From the sequence record MH243438.1: a stretch of DNA of 64,000 nucleotides; one strand, given 5' to 3'. The position numbers were made by a program, and so were the translations under genes. Below, one piece after another: positions 18,550 to 27,789 of the stretch (positions within the stretch are counted from its first letter, which is position 1; each line of letters starts with the position of its first letter). The stretch is from Escherichia phage vB_EcoM_NBG1. The notes beneath the pieces were generated by a model that saw nothing but the letters and a program-made list of their open reading frames with translations, made no database searches and was not told the origin of the DNA.

Positions 18550-18835
18550 CTGTGATTTCGGTTACGATATCTTTGTTATCGAAATTAGGGTCACAATACA
18601 AAACATAGTTGTACTGCATGATACCACCAGACTTAAGTTGTTCAACAACTTTATTAACCATATTAGGACGGTCTCGTTTAGTGATGTTCATGATATCAGA
18701 GAAGATTTGTTGTTCAACATCTTCTTGATTTGCAGTCATTGACCACTCACAGAGGTCTTTATCATAACCTGCCGTAACTGGAGCCGGTGCACATGATACT
18801 GCAAGTAAGATTGCTGCCAATGATAACTTTTTCAT
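18542..18835 (-). CDS. sp: Spackle-like periplasmic protein (signal peptide/lipobox)
   Basis: 97 aa; N-terminal signal peptide with LAVSC lipobox-like cleavage site; size and position as T4 sp; own early promoter. Confidence 0.5.
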   Translation of the reverse strand: MKKLSLAAILLAVSCAPAPVTAGYDKDLCEWSMTANQEDVEQQIFSDIMNITKRDRPNMVNKVVEQLKSGGIMQYNYVLYCDPNFDNKDIVTEITGE

Positions 18836-18864
18836 TTTAACTCCTTAGTTGATTTGATAGGACT

Positions 18865-18894
18865 ACTATACTATAGTCCATCTATAATGTAAAC
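18865..18894 (-). promoter_or_regulatory. early promoter upstream of spackle-like gene (GTTTAC-N18-TATAGT)
   Basis: minus strand GTTTACATTATAGATGGACTATAGTATAGT. Confidence 0.45.
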
Positions 18895-18898
18895 AAGT

Positions 18899-19147
18899 TT
18901 ATTCTTTTTCGCGAATAATAATTACTTGTTGAGGCTGCTGAGCAGATTTCTTTTCGGCAACGATAGACCAAATTAAAGTTCCAATCCAACCAATCATCGT
19001 CCAGTTAAAGAGTAAAGATACAAAGAAGATTGCTGTTGTGCTTTTTGTGCCACGAATAAGTGCGATTACCCAAGGCAACATGTAAATGATGATTGAACCA
19101 ATACCTGCGATTAAAACTGCTACTGAACTAGCTACGAATAATTCCAT
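18899..19147 (-). CDS. superinfection-immunity family membrane protein (Imm-like)
   Basis: 82 aa; YMLPWVIALIRG....LLFNWTMIGWIGTLIWSIV fits the Imm_superinfect pattern. Confidence 0.55.
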   Translation of the reverse strand: MELFVASSVAVLIAGIGSIIIYMLPWVIALIRGTKSTTAIFFVSLLFNWTMIGWIGTLIWSIVAEKKSAQQPQQVIIIREKE

Positions 19148-19208
19148 GTTAATTTCCTCTTGATTTGTTATGTTTATAGTATCTTGTTTTAACTTTTGCG
19201 TAAACCAA

Positions 19209-19577
19209 TTAATTAAATTTGTTTAAACGTTCAATACACTGGACGTAGTTATTCGCGATTTGTTTCTGGGTAGGCTCTTTACCAGTTGTTTCAACATAGC
19301 GAATGAATGCGATTTCAGTAGCCTGTAAGCAATGTTCTTTAACGCGTTGTTCTTTTGACAACGCTACGGTATCAGAATCACGATAACGTTGAGCATGGGC
19401 ATCAGCTTGAATCATTCGATTACCTACAGTAACCGGGTCTTCCACTTCAACTTTAGGTTGGTTGTACTGTTTAACATTCGGATTGTAAATCAGTTGGCCA
19501 ACGTTATTAGGGATAAAGCCATGAGCACCACATCCGGTTAATCCAAATACCATTGCTAAAGCGATTAATTTTTTCAT
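19209..19577 (-). CDS. putative lipoprotein
   Basis: 122 aa; signal peptide with lipobox LTGC. Confidence 0.6.
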   Translation of the reverse strand: MKKLIALAMVFGLTGCGAHGFIPNNVGQLIYNPNVKQYNQPKVEVEDPVTVGNRMIQADAHAQRYRDSDTVALSKEQRVKEHCLQATEIAFIRYVETTGKEPTQKQIANNYVQCIERLNKFN

Positions 19578-19649
19578 TTCAATTTCCTCTGTAGTTGATA
19601 GAAAGATAGTAACACAGTATGTGGGGCTTGTAAACAGTTATTTTTAAAA

Positions 19650-19838
19650 TTATCGAAAATCTGCTTCGAAAACTTTCTCGTCATTAATAAATGCTTTAAC
19701 TAATGCATTGTTCACTTCAGCAAGTTGTACCGTAACCCACTCGATTTCTTCGCGATCACCTGATAACATGATATCTTTAGTGAACATCTCACCGCTTTTA
19801 AACCAACCGATAAAAGTAACTTTAGTTAATTTGCTCAT
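19650..19838 (-). CDS. dmd: Dmd-like antitoxin (inhibitor of RnlA/LsoA-type toxins)
   Basis: 62 aa from MSKLTKVTFIGWFKSGEMFTKDI..; resembles remembered T4 Dmd; ATGA overlap with upstream stop. Confidence 0.55.
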   Translation of the reverse strand: MSKLTKVTFIGWFKSGEMFTKDIMLSGDREEIEWVTVQLAEVNNALVKAFINDEKVFEADFR

Positions 19839-20152
19839 ATTTCCTCGCAAAATGCCCATTCAGCGTGATAAACTGTAGCGCCTTTAGTATCATTCATTTG
19901 AACTACATCTACAGGAGAAATTACTCGATAGAGACGTGGTTCACCTCCATAAGAGCGTGCTGCTCGTCCTGCATAAATCTTTGCTAAACCGATATCTTCA
20001 GTAAAGAATACACGATCCAAGTTTTTCTTACGTCCAGTTTCAGACAGAACTCCTGTTTCTTCAGGAGGACAAAGCATGTTTTCGATGTTAGCTGAACTAC
20101 TTGAACCGTGATAAAAAATCTTAAATTCTGCTTTACAATCGATGGTTTTCAT
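19835..20152 (-). CDS. hypothetical protein
   Basis: 105-aa ORF; SD GGAG inside a perfect 12-bp inverted repeat with the promoter spacer. Confidence 0.6.
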   Translation of the reverse strand: MKTIDCKAEFKIFYHGSSSSANIENMLCPPEETGVLSETGRKKNLDRVFFTEDIGLAKIYAGRAARSYGGEPRLYRVISPVDVVQMNDTKGATVYHAEWAFCEEI

Positions 20153-20158
20153 TTTGTT

Positions 20159-20207
20159 CTCCAGTAGTTGATAGGTCTATAATAACACAACTACTGGAGA
20201 AGTAAAC
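20159..20207 (-). promoter_or_regulatory. early promoter (GTTTAC-N17-TATTAT) with perfect 12-bp inverted repeat pairing spacer and SD
   Basis: arms 20159-20170 (SD GGAG of gene 19835-20152) and 20189-20200 (spacer); -10 at 20179-20184; -35 at 20202-20207. Confidence 0.55.
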
Positions 20208-20582
20208 TTAAAAATGTAATTTAGATATATCTGCGTTGATTTCGTTTTGGTTTGCGTCGTATGCAATTAAACGAACCGCTTTAGATGGGTCATTCAATGC
20301 ATAGAAATGATGGAACATTGCTCGAACGATATCACCATTTACGAGTTCTACCTGGATAGGAGAACCTTTTTCGAGTTGGAAATGTTCATAAGCTTTGATG
20401 GTTCGTAGATAATCAAGTTTTTGATTTCCAGCTCCAACTATTTGTACGATACGTTTGCCCATGTTTTCCATACGAGATACAATAGTTTTAGGAGCAAGAA
20501 TAACGTAGGTTGCCAGCGGAGAAACTACTTCAACAGTTGTGTTTTCGGTGATTGCAGTAAAAATTGCTTGAGACATATTCAT
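20208..20582 (-). CDS. hypothetical protein
   Basis: 124-aa ORF. Confidence 0.6.
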   Translation of the reverse strand: MNMSQAIFTAITENTTVEVVSPLATYVILAPKTIVSRMENMGKRIVQIVGAGNQKLDYLRTIKAYEHFQLEKGSPIQVELVNGDIVRAMFHHFYALNDPSKAVRLIAYDANQNEINADISKLHF

Positions 20583-20645
20583 AATGTTTTCCTCTTGGTT
20601 GGTGTAAGTACATCATATCATGCCTAGAGGAAGATGTAAACCCCG

Positions 20646-20667
20646 AAAGGAGACCGAAGTCTCCTTT
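20646..20667. terminator. UUCG stem-loop after gene 41 (orientation ambiguous)
   Basis: 9-bp stem AAAGGAGAC-CGAA-GTCTCCTTT; T tract follows on plus strand, none on minus strand. Confidence 0.4.
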
Positions 20668-20670
20668 TTA

Positions 20671-22113
20671 TTAAAATTTTAACTCGTTGGCTAAGCTATC
20701 TAGGTCAGCACGTGTTGCTTTGGCTTTACCTACGCGTTCCGTACGATTCACCTCTGCCTGACGCATCTGAGCACCTGCGTTTTCATTTACTGTGTTAGGT
20801 GTGTTCATGCCTTCTTGCTCAATCTCAATCCATTTCTGGTTGCCTTTACGTACACCCATCAGGAATTTATTCCACTTATTCTTATCACCATATCGTGATT
20901 TGATTTGTTTGATAAGTTGTTGTTCAGCTTGTGCAAGTTCTTCGGTTTCAATTACGGCCAACATGAAATCTGCCGTTGCTGGTAAACCTGCTGATTCTGC
21001 GATATCACTCATGTTCATGTCTGAAGCATCCCATGCTGCACGTCCTACTTGAGCTGCAGTCCATAGAACTGTTTCAGATTCTACTGCTAATGCACGAAGT
21101 TCTTCTGCGATAGCTTTAACTAATGTGTAGCTATTTTCAGTGTAAACTCTGATACGACAAGACCCACAAATACCTAAGTAATCAACCATGATTACAGATG
21201 GCACAAAGTTCTTCTTAAGTTTTAACTCATTAAGCAATGCACGAAATGTATTAGCATTAGCTCCGCCAGTAGGATACTGTTTAACTACTAAACGTCCTAA
21301 TGTGGATTTTGAACGCCATTTTTCCATCTTGGCTTTATATTCAGCATAAGATACGTTACCATCATCAATATCATCAAGTGATACGTCAAGCATGTTTGCA
21401 TCTATACGCTTAGCACAAACTTCTTCAGCCATTTCCATGGAAATATAAAGAACATTATGACCTGTTTGAAGATAATCTGCAGCAAGTGAACAAAGGCCTA
21501 AAGATTTACCAACGTTAACACCGGCCATTAAAACATTCAGTGTACCGGTTTCAGCACCACCTTTAGTGATTTTATTCAGAATGTTTAATTTGAACGGGAC
21601 CTTACGTGCCTTGTTCAGATAAGAAAGCCAGCGTGCTTCATAGTCTTCCATCCAGTCATGCCCAACATAACTATCAAACGAAATTGAAAGTGCTTGACGC
21701 ATAATATCAGGAATAGCTCCTACGTCAGGCATTTTCTTGTTACGTTGTTCTGGAGGTAGTTCAGCATTAGACTGAATCTCAATGATTTTGGATGTAGCAT
21801 TATACATCGCTTTTTGCTGGACATATTTCTCAGTTTCTTTAACCAACCATTCGTGGTCTTCAGGAGTATCAGCCAATTTTTCAATTAGGTCTGAAGTTCC
21901 TTTATATTCGGCTTCAGTTAAAGAACTGTTATCTAAAGCCACCTTTAATGCATTGATAGATGGCATTGCATTATATTCGTTAACGTGGCTCTTTATAATT
22001 TTAAAGACATTTTTTGCCGGTCCACGCTCAAAATACTCAGAATCCATATAAGGCCAGACCTTAGAAAAATAAGCCTGGTCATATACGAGATGAGACAAAA
22101 TAATTTCTACCAC
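20671..22113 (-). CDS. 41: replicative DNA helicase (DnaB-like)
   Basis: 480 aa; Walker A LMAGVNVGKSLGL; T4 gp41 size and position. Confidence 0.92.
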   Translation of the reverse strand: MVEIILSHLVYDQAYFSKVWPYMDSEYFERGPAKNVFKIIKSHVNEYNAMPSINALKVALDNSSLTEAEYKGTSDLIEKLADTPEDHEWLVKETEKYVQQKAMYNATSKIIEIQSNAELPPEQRNKKMPDVGAIPDIMRQALSISFDSYVGHDWMEDYEARWLSYLNKARKVPFKLNILNKITKGGAETGTLNVLMAGVNVGKSLGLCSLAADYLQTGHNVLYISMEMAEEVCAKRIDANMLDVSLDDIDDGNVSYAEYKAKMEKWRSKSTLGRLVVKQYPTGGANANTFRALLNELKLKKNFVPSVIMVDYLGICGSCRIRVYTENSYTLVKAIAEELRALAVESETVLWTAAQVGRAAWDASDMNMSDIAESAGLPATADFMLAVIETEELAQAEQQLIKQIKSRYGDKNKWNKFLMGVRKGNQKWIEIEQEGMNTPNTVNENAGAQMRQAEVNRTERVGKAKATRADLDSLANELKF

Positions 22114-22122
22114 GATAACTCC

Positions 22123-22464
22123 TTAAAAGAATTTAAATTTTTTCTTGGTCCGTTCATTAAAAGCTTGTTGTACTTGCATTGTAACACATTTTTCAACATG
22201 TGGTGCAAGTTCTGCTTTTCTGTCCTGGTCAAGAACTGCAAAGTCCATTACGATTTTACCATCAACCCAGTCTAGTTTTGTAATATAGACTATATGATGG
22301 GAACCGTCTTCAAGTGTAATCAGAATCTCTTGAATGACATTTTCCATTGCTGAACGGACAATTTTAAGAGATTCATTAAACACTCGTTCTTTGCGAATGT
22401 CTTCCCCTTCCGAAGAAGGGGATTCATCAACGATTTCTAGATTCAAATCATCGAGATTATTCAT
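22123..22464 (-). CDS. 40: gene 40-position protein (head vertex assembly chaperone-like)
   Basis: 113 aa from ATG 22464 (MNNLDDL..), overlapping uvsX stop; synteny with T4 gene 40. Confidence 0.5.
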   Translation of the reverse strand: MNNLDDLNLEIVDESPSSEGEDIRKERVFNESLKIVRSAMENVIQEILITLEDGSHHIVYITKLDWVDGKIVMDFAVLDQDRKAELAPHVEKCVTMQVQQAFNERTKKKFKFF

Positions 22465-23629
22465 CGAAATCTTCCATTTCGTCAAGGTCGTTTTCTATAT
22501 CTGCTGCAGACGGAGCATCAGAAGTTTTAACTGGAACCTTAGTTGTTGCTTTGCAATTAATAAGGTCGTTAACAGCGTCATCAACTTCTTTAATAGAAGA
22601 GATAGCACCTAGTTTATATTTAGTTTCAATTGCATCTCGGAAAGGTTTGTGTTTAAACAAAGGTCCCCAGAATTCTACACAATCAGTAGCTTTAGCACGC
22701 CATGATTTTTCTTCACGAATCATTTCGCCTGTTTCTTCGTCAAGGAATTCGCGAGCATACCAACCGGCTTTAGGCTTAACTACAAAACCAATTTCAGTTG
22801 CCATTTCTAACAAGCCACTGAATGGGTCGATACCACCATCGAAATTAACCGTGATTGGGAAAGTAGATTTTTCTTTAACGGTGCGAGATTTTTCTGCTTT
22901 CAACGTGAAGTCATAACCGGTCAATTCTGTACCTTCTTTAACCTGACGTTTAGAGATAAAAAATACCGTGTTGGCAGAATAAAGAATACCTGTACCACCA
23001 CCCATAATCTCTTTAGGATATAGTCCGCCGATTTCCATTGCTGTATGGTTGATTGCAACACATGGAATATCTTTAATAGTCAGATAAGGAGTCACAATGC
23101 GGAACAGAGATTTAAGTGCCTTAGCACGAGACATATCACCTACAACTTTCTCGTTCAATGCATCTTCGGTTTCTTTCTTAGATGCAGTATTACCGATTGA
23201 ATCGATAAAGATAATAACTTTATCACCTCGTTCAATCGCGTCAAGCTGATTAGTCATATCAACTTTAAGTTGTTCGACGGACTGAATTGGTGTATGAACT
23301 ACACGGTCTAAATCAACACCCATTGAACGAAAATAAGATTCCGAAGCACCGAATTCCGAATCATAGAACAAACAGATTGCATCTTTATATTTCTTCATAT
23401 ATGCTGCGACCATAGTTAGTCCAAACAATGTTTTAAAATGTTTAGAAGGTGCAGCAAAAATAGTCAAGCCTGATTGCAATCCTGCATTCAGAGCACCACC
23501 TAGTGCAATATTCAACATCGGAATACGAGTAGGGACTTCATCGCGATTATTAAACAGCTTAGACTTAGTCAAGTCTGCAGTCATTTTAGAAGTAGAAGCT
23601 TTAATCAGACGAGATTTTAAATCAGACAT
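22457..23629 (-). CDS. uvsX: UvsX recombinase (RecA-like)
   Basis: 390 aa; RecA-fold with P-loop-like APSKHFKT; T4 UvsX size and position. Confidence 0.92.
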   Translation of the reverse strand: MSDLKSRLIKASTSKMTADLTKSKLFNNRDEVPTRIPMLNIALGGALNAGLQSGLTIFAAPSKHFKTLFGLTMVAAYMKKYKDAICLFYDSEFGASESYFRSMGVDLDRVVHTPIQSVEQLKVDMTNQLDAIERGDKVIIFIDSIGNTASKKETEDALNEKVVGDMSRAKALKSLFRIVTPYLTIKDIPCVAINHTAMEIGGLYPKEIMGGGTGILYSANTVFFISKRQVKEGTELTGYDFTLKAEKSRTVKEKSTFPITVNFDGGIDPFSGLLEMATEIGFVVKPKAGWYAREFLDEETGEMIREEKSWRAKATDCVEFWGPLFKHKPFRDAIETKYKLGAISSIKEVDDAVNDLINCKATTKVPVKTSDAPSAADIENDLDEMEDFDE

Positions 23630-23727
23630 TGTATTTTTCCATAGGCATCATTATATTTTACTCATGTTTAAAAGATAAGACGATTATATACTAATGGTTA
23701 TACAGCATTTAAAACTTTAAATGGCTC

Positions 23728-24276
23728 TTAACGAGCCCATTTGATAATTTCTGTAATCAAATCATTACGTTCGCTTGCGTTAAATCCTATAACTTTGTTA
23801 GCACCATCATGATTAAGTAATTGATACGTTTGGATTTCGTTATGAATTGCAAACTCTTCAAAATGTGAAATGACTGTATTAAAACCGAATGAAGACAAAG
23901 TAATAAGGTCGTCTTCAAAACTTTCAGTCATTTCGTTACGTGTTAAAATAATTGTGAACACATCATGGTTTTGGCAAAGACGAACATAATCCTGTTCATA
24001 AACGTCAAGAACCGAGTCCGCATCTTGTCGAATACGTCCATAAACCCAGTTACTAATATATCCACGGTCTAACAGATAAATCTTAGTAGGGTCTAAATAA
24101 TTCAACATTGTTTCGAAACAGCCAACTTCATTTCGAGACTTAACATCGAAACGTCCATCAACTGTTCGTTTAGGGAAATCAATCTTTACATATCTTTCAC
24201 TAATTTCCATTATGTCATTAATGAAAGTTGTTTTACCAGCGTTATCCGGGCCATCTACTAAAATAATTTTAGCCAT
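23728..24276 (-). CDS. P-loop nucleoside/nucleotide kinase-like protein
   Basis: 182 aa; Walker A VDGPDNAGKTT and DRGY motif typical of dNMP/thymidylate-kinase-like enzymes; sits where T4 has beta-gt. Confidence 0.6.
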   Translation of the reverse strand: MAKIILVDGPDNAGKTTFINDIMEISERYVKIDFPKRTVDGRFDVKSRNEVGCFETMLNYLDPTKIYLLDRGYISNWVYGRIRQDADSVLDVYEQDYVRLCQNHDVFTIILTRNEMTESFEDDLITLSSFGFNTVISHFEEFAIHNEIQTYQLLNHDGANKVIGFNASERNDLITEIIKWAR

Positions 24277-24277
24277 T

Positions 24278-25177
24278 TTATTCCTCGATTACGACATCTT
24301 CGTATTTAGGTATATTATACGGTGAAGAAATTAAAGCATTAAAGTAGATGAACTCACCAAGACCTGGATGAAATACTTCTTCAGGATTTTCGAAATATTG
24401 AATCTTCGGACGTCCTTTAAGAATTTGATAGTACTCAGTTTTAGTTGGTTTAAAAATTCTAATCAGCGCTTCTTCAGGATACTTATTTCTGTCAAAGCTA
24501 TTATTTGGATCGGTTATATAAAGCGGTTGACCTAATTGAATTGCGCATTCAACCACTTGTTCAAAACGATAACATGGGTCACTAATTCGAAATGGATGAA
24601 AAATACCATCTAGATGAATAGGAGCCAAATCACCTACAAGACGCTGCATGATGGAAGGACGTATAACTTTCTGCGTTACGATAATCTTATTACCATCTGC
24701 ACCTGCGTTAACCAGCACTTCTTTTTGACGTTCATTCAACACAGTAGTTTGAAGTGAACGATTAACCGACAACATGTCGGTTTTTAAGAATTCGTCAATA
24801 TAAAAACGTGGTTTATTAGGGTCTGCAGTGATATTGAAATTGAATTCTACATCAAAAGCGCCGTCATATCCGGTGATATCTGTGATTAGAAAATCACAAT
24901 CATAATAAGCAATTAATGAATCAACCACAAATTCATTTTCAGACCAGAAATATTTACGAGTGTTATACGCGTTATCTTTATACCATAATGGAACAAACTT
25001 AAATTCCGGGAAAAGACGTTCGCATTCTTTAATATCAGATGCATTACGTGGATATGTAATCACATCACCTGGATTAGCACGGTGCAAATGAAGTTGGAAG
25101 TTGCCATCCTTAAGGATAGCATACTGTCCAGTTTCATAAGACCGCATACTCAAAATAGGTACGCGGAAAATAGCCAT
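24278..25177 (-). CDS. hypothetical protein (beta-gt syntenic position)
   Basis: 299-aa ORF between the P-loop kinase and gene 42; no confident motif. Confidence 0.6.
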   Translation of the reverse strand: MAIFRVPILSMRSYETGQYAILKDGNFQLHLHRANPGDVITYPRNASDIKECERLFPEFKFVPLWYKDNAYNTRKYFWSENEFVVDSLIAYYDCDFLITDITGYDGAFDVEFNFNITADPNKPRFYIDEFLKTDMLSVNRSLQTTVLNERQKEVLVNAGADGNKIIVTQKVIRPSIMQRLVGDLAPIHLDGIFHPFRISDPCYRFEQVVECAIQLGQPLYITDPNNSFDRNKYPEEALIRIFKPTKTEYYQILKGRPKIQYFENPEEVFHPGLGEFIYFNALISSPYNIPKYEDVVIEE

Positions 25178-25893
25178 TAGTCAAGGAATCCTTTAACATA
25201 ATCAAAATCACGTTCAAACACATGGGCACTTACCATGGTATGAGTATAATCACCAACTTCTACACCACATTCGTTAGCGATATAATGAAGTAATTTTCCT
25301 TGGAGATAAAAATCCAACTGCATAACAACAGCACAGTTCTGAGAACGCATATGACAGTGGGTATAAAGCTTACCATCACGAATATAATAAGTCACTGAGT
25401 CAGTACATGGATATTCAAGCGTTTCGTCTGAATCAAGCAAAGCCTGATCAGAACTTTCTAGAATTTGGAACACAACTCTTCGGGAGTTAGGCTTCTCTTT
25501 AAGTTCTTTTAGAAGAGCTGGTAATTGGGCCGCAATGCGAGGACCATAGAAAGTGTTGAAGTTCGCCGGCAAAACATCTGATTTTGGTTTAGAAATAAAT
25601 TTAGCGACATTAGGATATGCCTTAAACGCTTCTTCTGCGTTGGTACCACCAGAAATCATAAACTTCCAGAAATCTTCAGCATATTCATAAGAGATGCGGT
25701 TAATACGTGGGTCGGTCATTTTGAATGTTGACGGAGTGTCAACAACTACTGTCATAGACCCAATTTCATTACAACGTCCAATACGAGAATCAGTTACGAA
25801 TTCCGGGTTTTCTAAAATTTCACGATTGACTGCTTTAAATGCGGCTTGAAAATCTGCGGCTTTGATATATTTCATTGTGTTATGTTTTCCCAT
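25177..25893 (-). CDS. 42: dCMP hydroxymethylase
   Basis: 238 aa; thymidylate-synthase-like, active-site region EYPCTDS; T4 gp42 position. Confidence 0.85.
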   Translation of the reverse strand: MGKHNTMKYIKAADFQAAFKAVNREILENPEFVTDSRIGRCNEIGSMTVVVDTPSTFKMTDPRINRISYEYAEDFWKFMISGGTNAEEAFKAYPNVAKFISKPKSDVLPANFNTFYGPRIAAQLPALLKELKEKPNSRRVVFQILESSDQALLDSDETLEYPCTDSVTYYIRDGKLYTHCHMRSQNCAVVMQLDFYLQGKLLHYIANECGVEVGDYTHTMVSAHVFERDFDYVKGFLD

Positions 25894-25934
25894 GTTTACC
25901 TCAATACAGTTATTATATACTCAATTCATAAAGC

Positions 25935-26174
25935 TTATTTGAATTTCTTAGTGATGTTGATATAACGTAGAGCTTCGGCATCGATACTTCCAAGAACACT
26001 ATGAAGAAATGCATCAGCGTAGTATTCCAATTGAACAGGTTCTTTAATCACTTTAGCCGCTTTGGTTTCAAACAGGCCCATAAGGGCCTTTTTAAGAATT
26101 TGTTCATTAGTGTTCAGTTTCATAGTCAAAATCTCTTCATTAAGTTGGTGGTTAAAAGTTTTTCTAGAAATCAT
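25935..26174 (-). CDS. hypothetical protein
   Basis: 79-aa ORF, start overlaps stop of the 386-aa gene. Confidence 0.5.
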   Translation of the reverse strand: MISRKTFNHQLNEEILTMKLNTNEQILKKALMGLFETKAAKVIKEPVQLEYYADAFLHSVLGSIDAEALRYINITKKFK

Positions 26175-27331
26175 TCCGGGTACCTCAAAGCGTCATCAGA
26201 GTTAGTTATATCAATAATAGATATAGAGTTTTCTGCTAACCCATTTTTAGATAACTGACGTTTATAATATCTTTCACAATATGTACACGTCGTCCCGCAG
26301 ATTTCATTAGCACAATCGAAATCTGGATGTCTGAACCACCTTTTTTCTAAAAAGCCATCTAACAAAGAGGTTTCAATATTTACTGTATGTGAAAACTCGG
26401 TCTCATTTTCAAGAGTGAAAATGGTCTCTAAAGGCTTCCACAATTCCAACAAATTACCTTCAAACTTTTCAGAAGCATAAGCTTCAAGAACTTTCAAAAT
26501 GTAGTCGGTGCTACCTGTACGTCCTGAAACTTTGAATTGAGTGATACCAATATCATTATAAAGTTTCAAATCTTGAGGACGAACAAAACGAGTTCTCAAC
26601 CAGTTAAATGGGTCTGTATCACGAGCTTTAATGCAGTGTTGCATTGGATATCCATTTAAGGATTTGGCATCATCTACTGTAACATCGGTGCTATGGAAAA
26701 TATAGCAAGAGTCACGATAGCTACAATGTGTTGTATACCCTTTACCAGCATTAGAACAGAACTCATTTACAAGAACTTCAAATATTATATTGTTCTTATT
26801 GCAAAACTCTGCTGCACGCTTCAGGAAAGAAACCGAACGGTTCTTATGAATTCCGCAACAGACTTTTTTGATGTTATATTGGTCATGCAAGTATTTGATT
26901 TGAGTTACAGCATCAACATGTAGAATTGTTGAAACTTCAATCTCAATGTCTTTATTGACTTCACGAACAATTTCCATAACAACAGGATTAGCGATAGTAA
27001 TACGCCATACGCCTATTGACCAAAGATACTGAACATAATCCTGAATAGCTTTCTTCTTCCACTCAACTAGTTCTCTTTTTGAACCAGGATTTATCGTGTT
27101 GAGTGTATAGTTAAAGCAAATACCTAATTCGTTACAACGTTTAACATAATCTTCTAACATCTTTTTGTCAACGTCAGGAAGCCTAAAATCAGGTCTGGCT
27201 GCTACAAAAGCCATTTCTCTTGTAGAGCCATATACTTCGTTTATCAAGCTATTAGGATAAGTTTTATTGAGCTCTACGATTTTATCAAGAAGAGCTAAAT
27301 CAAAATTCGTTCCGATTTTAAAAGTATTCAT
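26171..27331 (-). CDS. Cys-rich hypothetical enzyme (candidate Fe-S/metal-binding protein)
   Basis: 386 aa; Cys clusters CCGIH, FCSNAGKGYTTHCSYRDSC and C-terminal CANEICGTTCTYC (CX3CX-aromatic-C pattern); inside the sugar module. Confidence 0.65.
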   Translation of the reverse strand: MNTFKIGTNFDLALLDKIVELNKTYPNSLINEVYGSTREMAFVAARPDFRLPDVDKKMLEDYVKRCNELGICFNYTLNTINPGSKRELVEWKKKAIQDYVQYLWSIGVWRITIANPVVMEIVREVNKDIEIEVSTILHVDAVTQIKYLHDQYNIKKVCCGIHKNRSVSFLKRAAEFCNKNNIIFEVLVNEFCSNAGKGYTTHCSYRDSCYIFHSTDVTVDDAKSLNGYPMQHCIKARDTDPFNWLRTRFVRPQDLKLYNDIGITQFKVSGRTGSTDYILKVLEAYASEKFEGNLLELWKPLETIFTLENETEFSHTVNIETSLLDGFLEKRWFRHPDFDCANEICGTTCTYCERYYKRQLSKNGLAENSISIIDITNSDDALRYPE

Positions 27332-27387
27332 TTTTTTGCATCTCGCGTTAATTGATGCGATGGTTTTTGCAGGTCTTACTTAAATTA

Positions 27388-27789
27388 TTATAGATTCGGT
27401 TTATATGATTTAAATGTTTCGAATTCGCCTTTATTCATAAGAGCTTTGAATTCGTCAGGACGCATAGCTTTGTCGTCGATAATCCAATCATATACTGGTT
27501 TATGTGTTAGCAAATTATGGTACTTCAAGCCAATGTTTGCCAAGTTCTGAATCAGACTCGGGAGAATGTCAATTGCTATACGACCAGGACCTACTGACTT
27601 CATACCACGAGCAGTGTAAAGCGTTATGGTATGCCCTGCATCATACAGGGCATTAATGGCAGACACCATTTCGACGTCTGGTTTGAAGTTCACGTAATCA
27701 CGATTGTTATTCCACTCTGTTATACAATCATCGACATCAAAACAAAGATTAAGCATGTTTTCTACACGGTGCATTAGATTCGTTCCCAT
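27388..27789 (-). CDS. HAD-superfamily phosphatase (KdsC-like small sugar-phosphate phosphatase)
   Basis: 133 aa; HAD motif I FDVDDCIT, motif II TITLYTAR, motif III/IV K..IIDDKA. Confidence 0.7.
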   Translation of the reverse strand: MGTNLMHRVENMLNLCFDVDDCITEWNNNRDYVNFKPDVEMVSAINALYDAGHTITLYTARGMKSVGPGRIAIDILPSLIQNLANIGLKYHNLLTHKPVYDWIIDDKAMRPDEFKALMNKGEFETFKSYKPNL

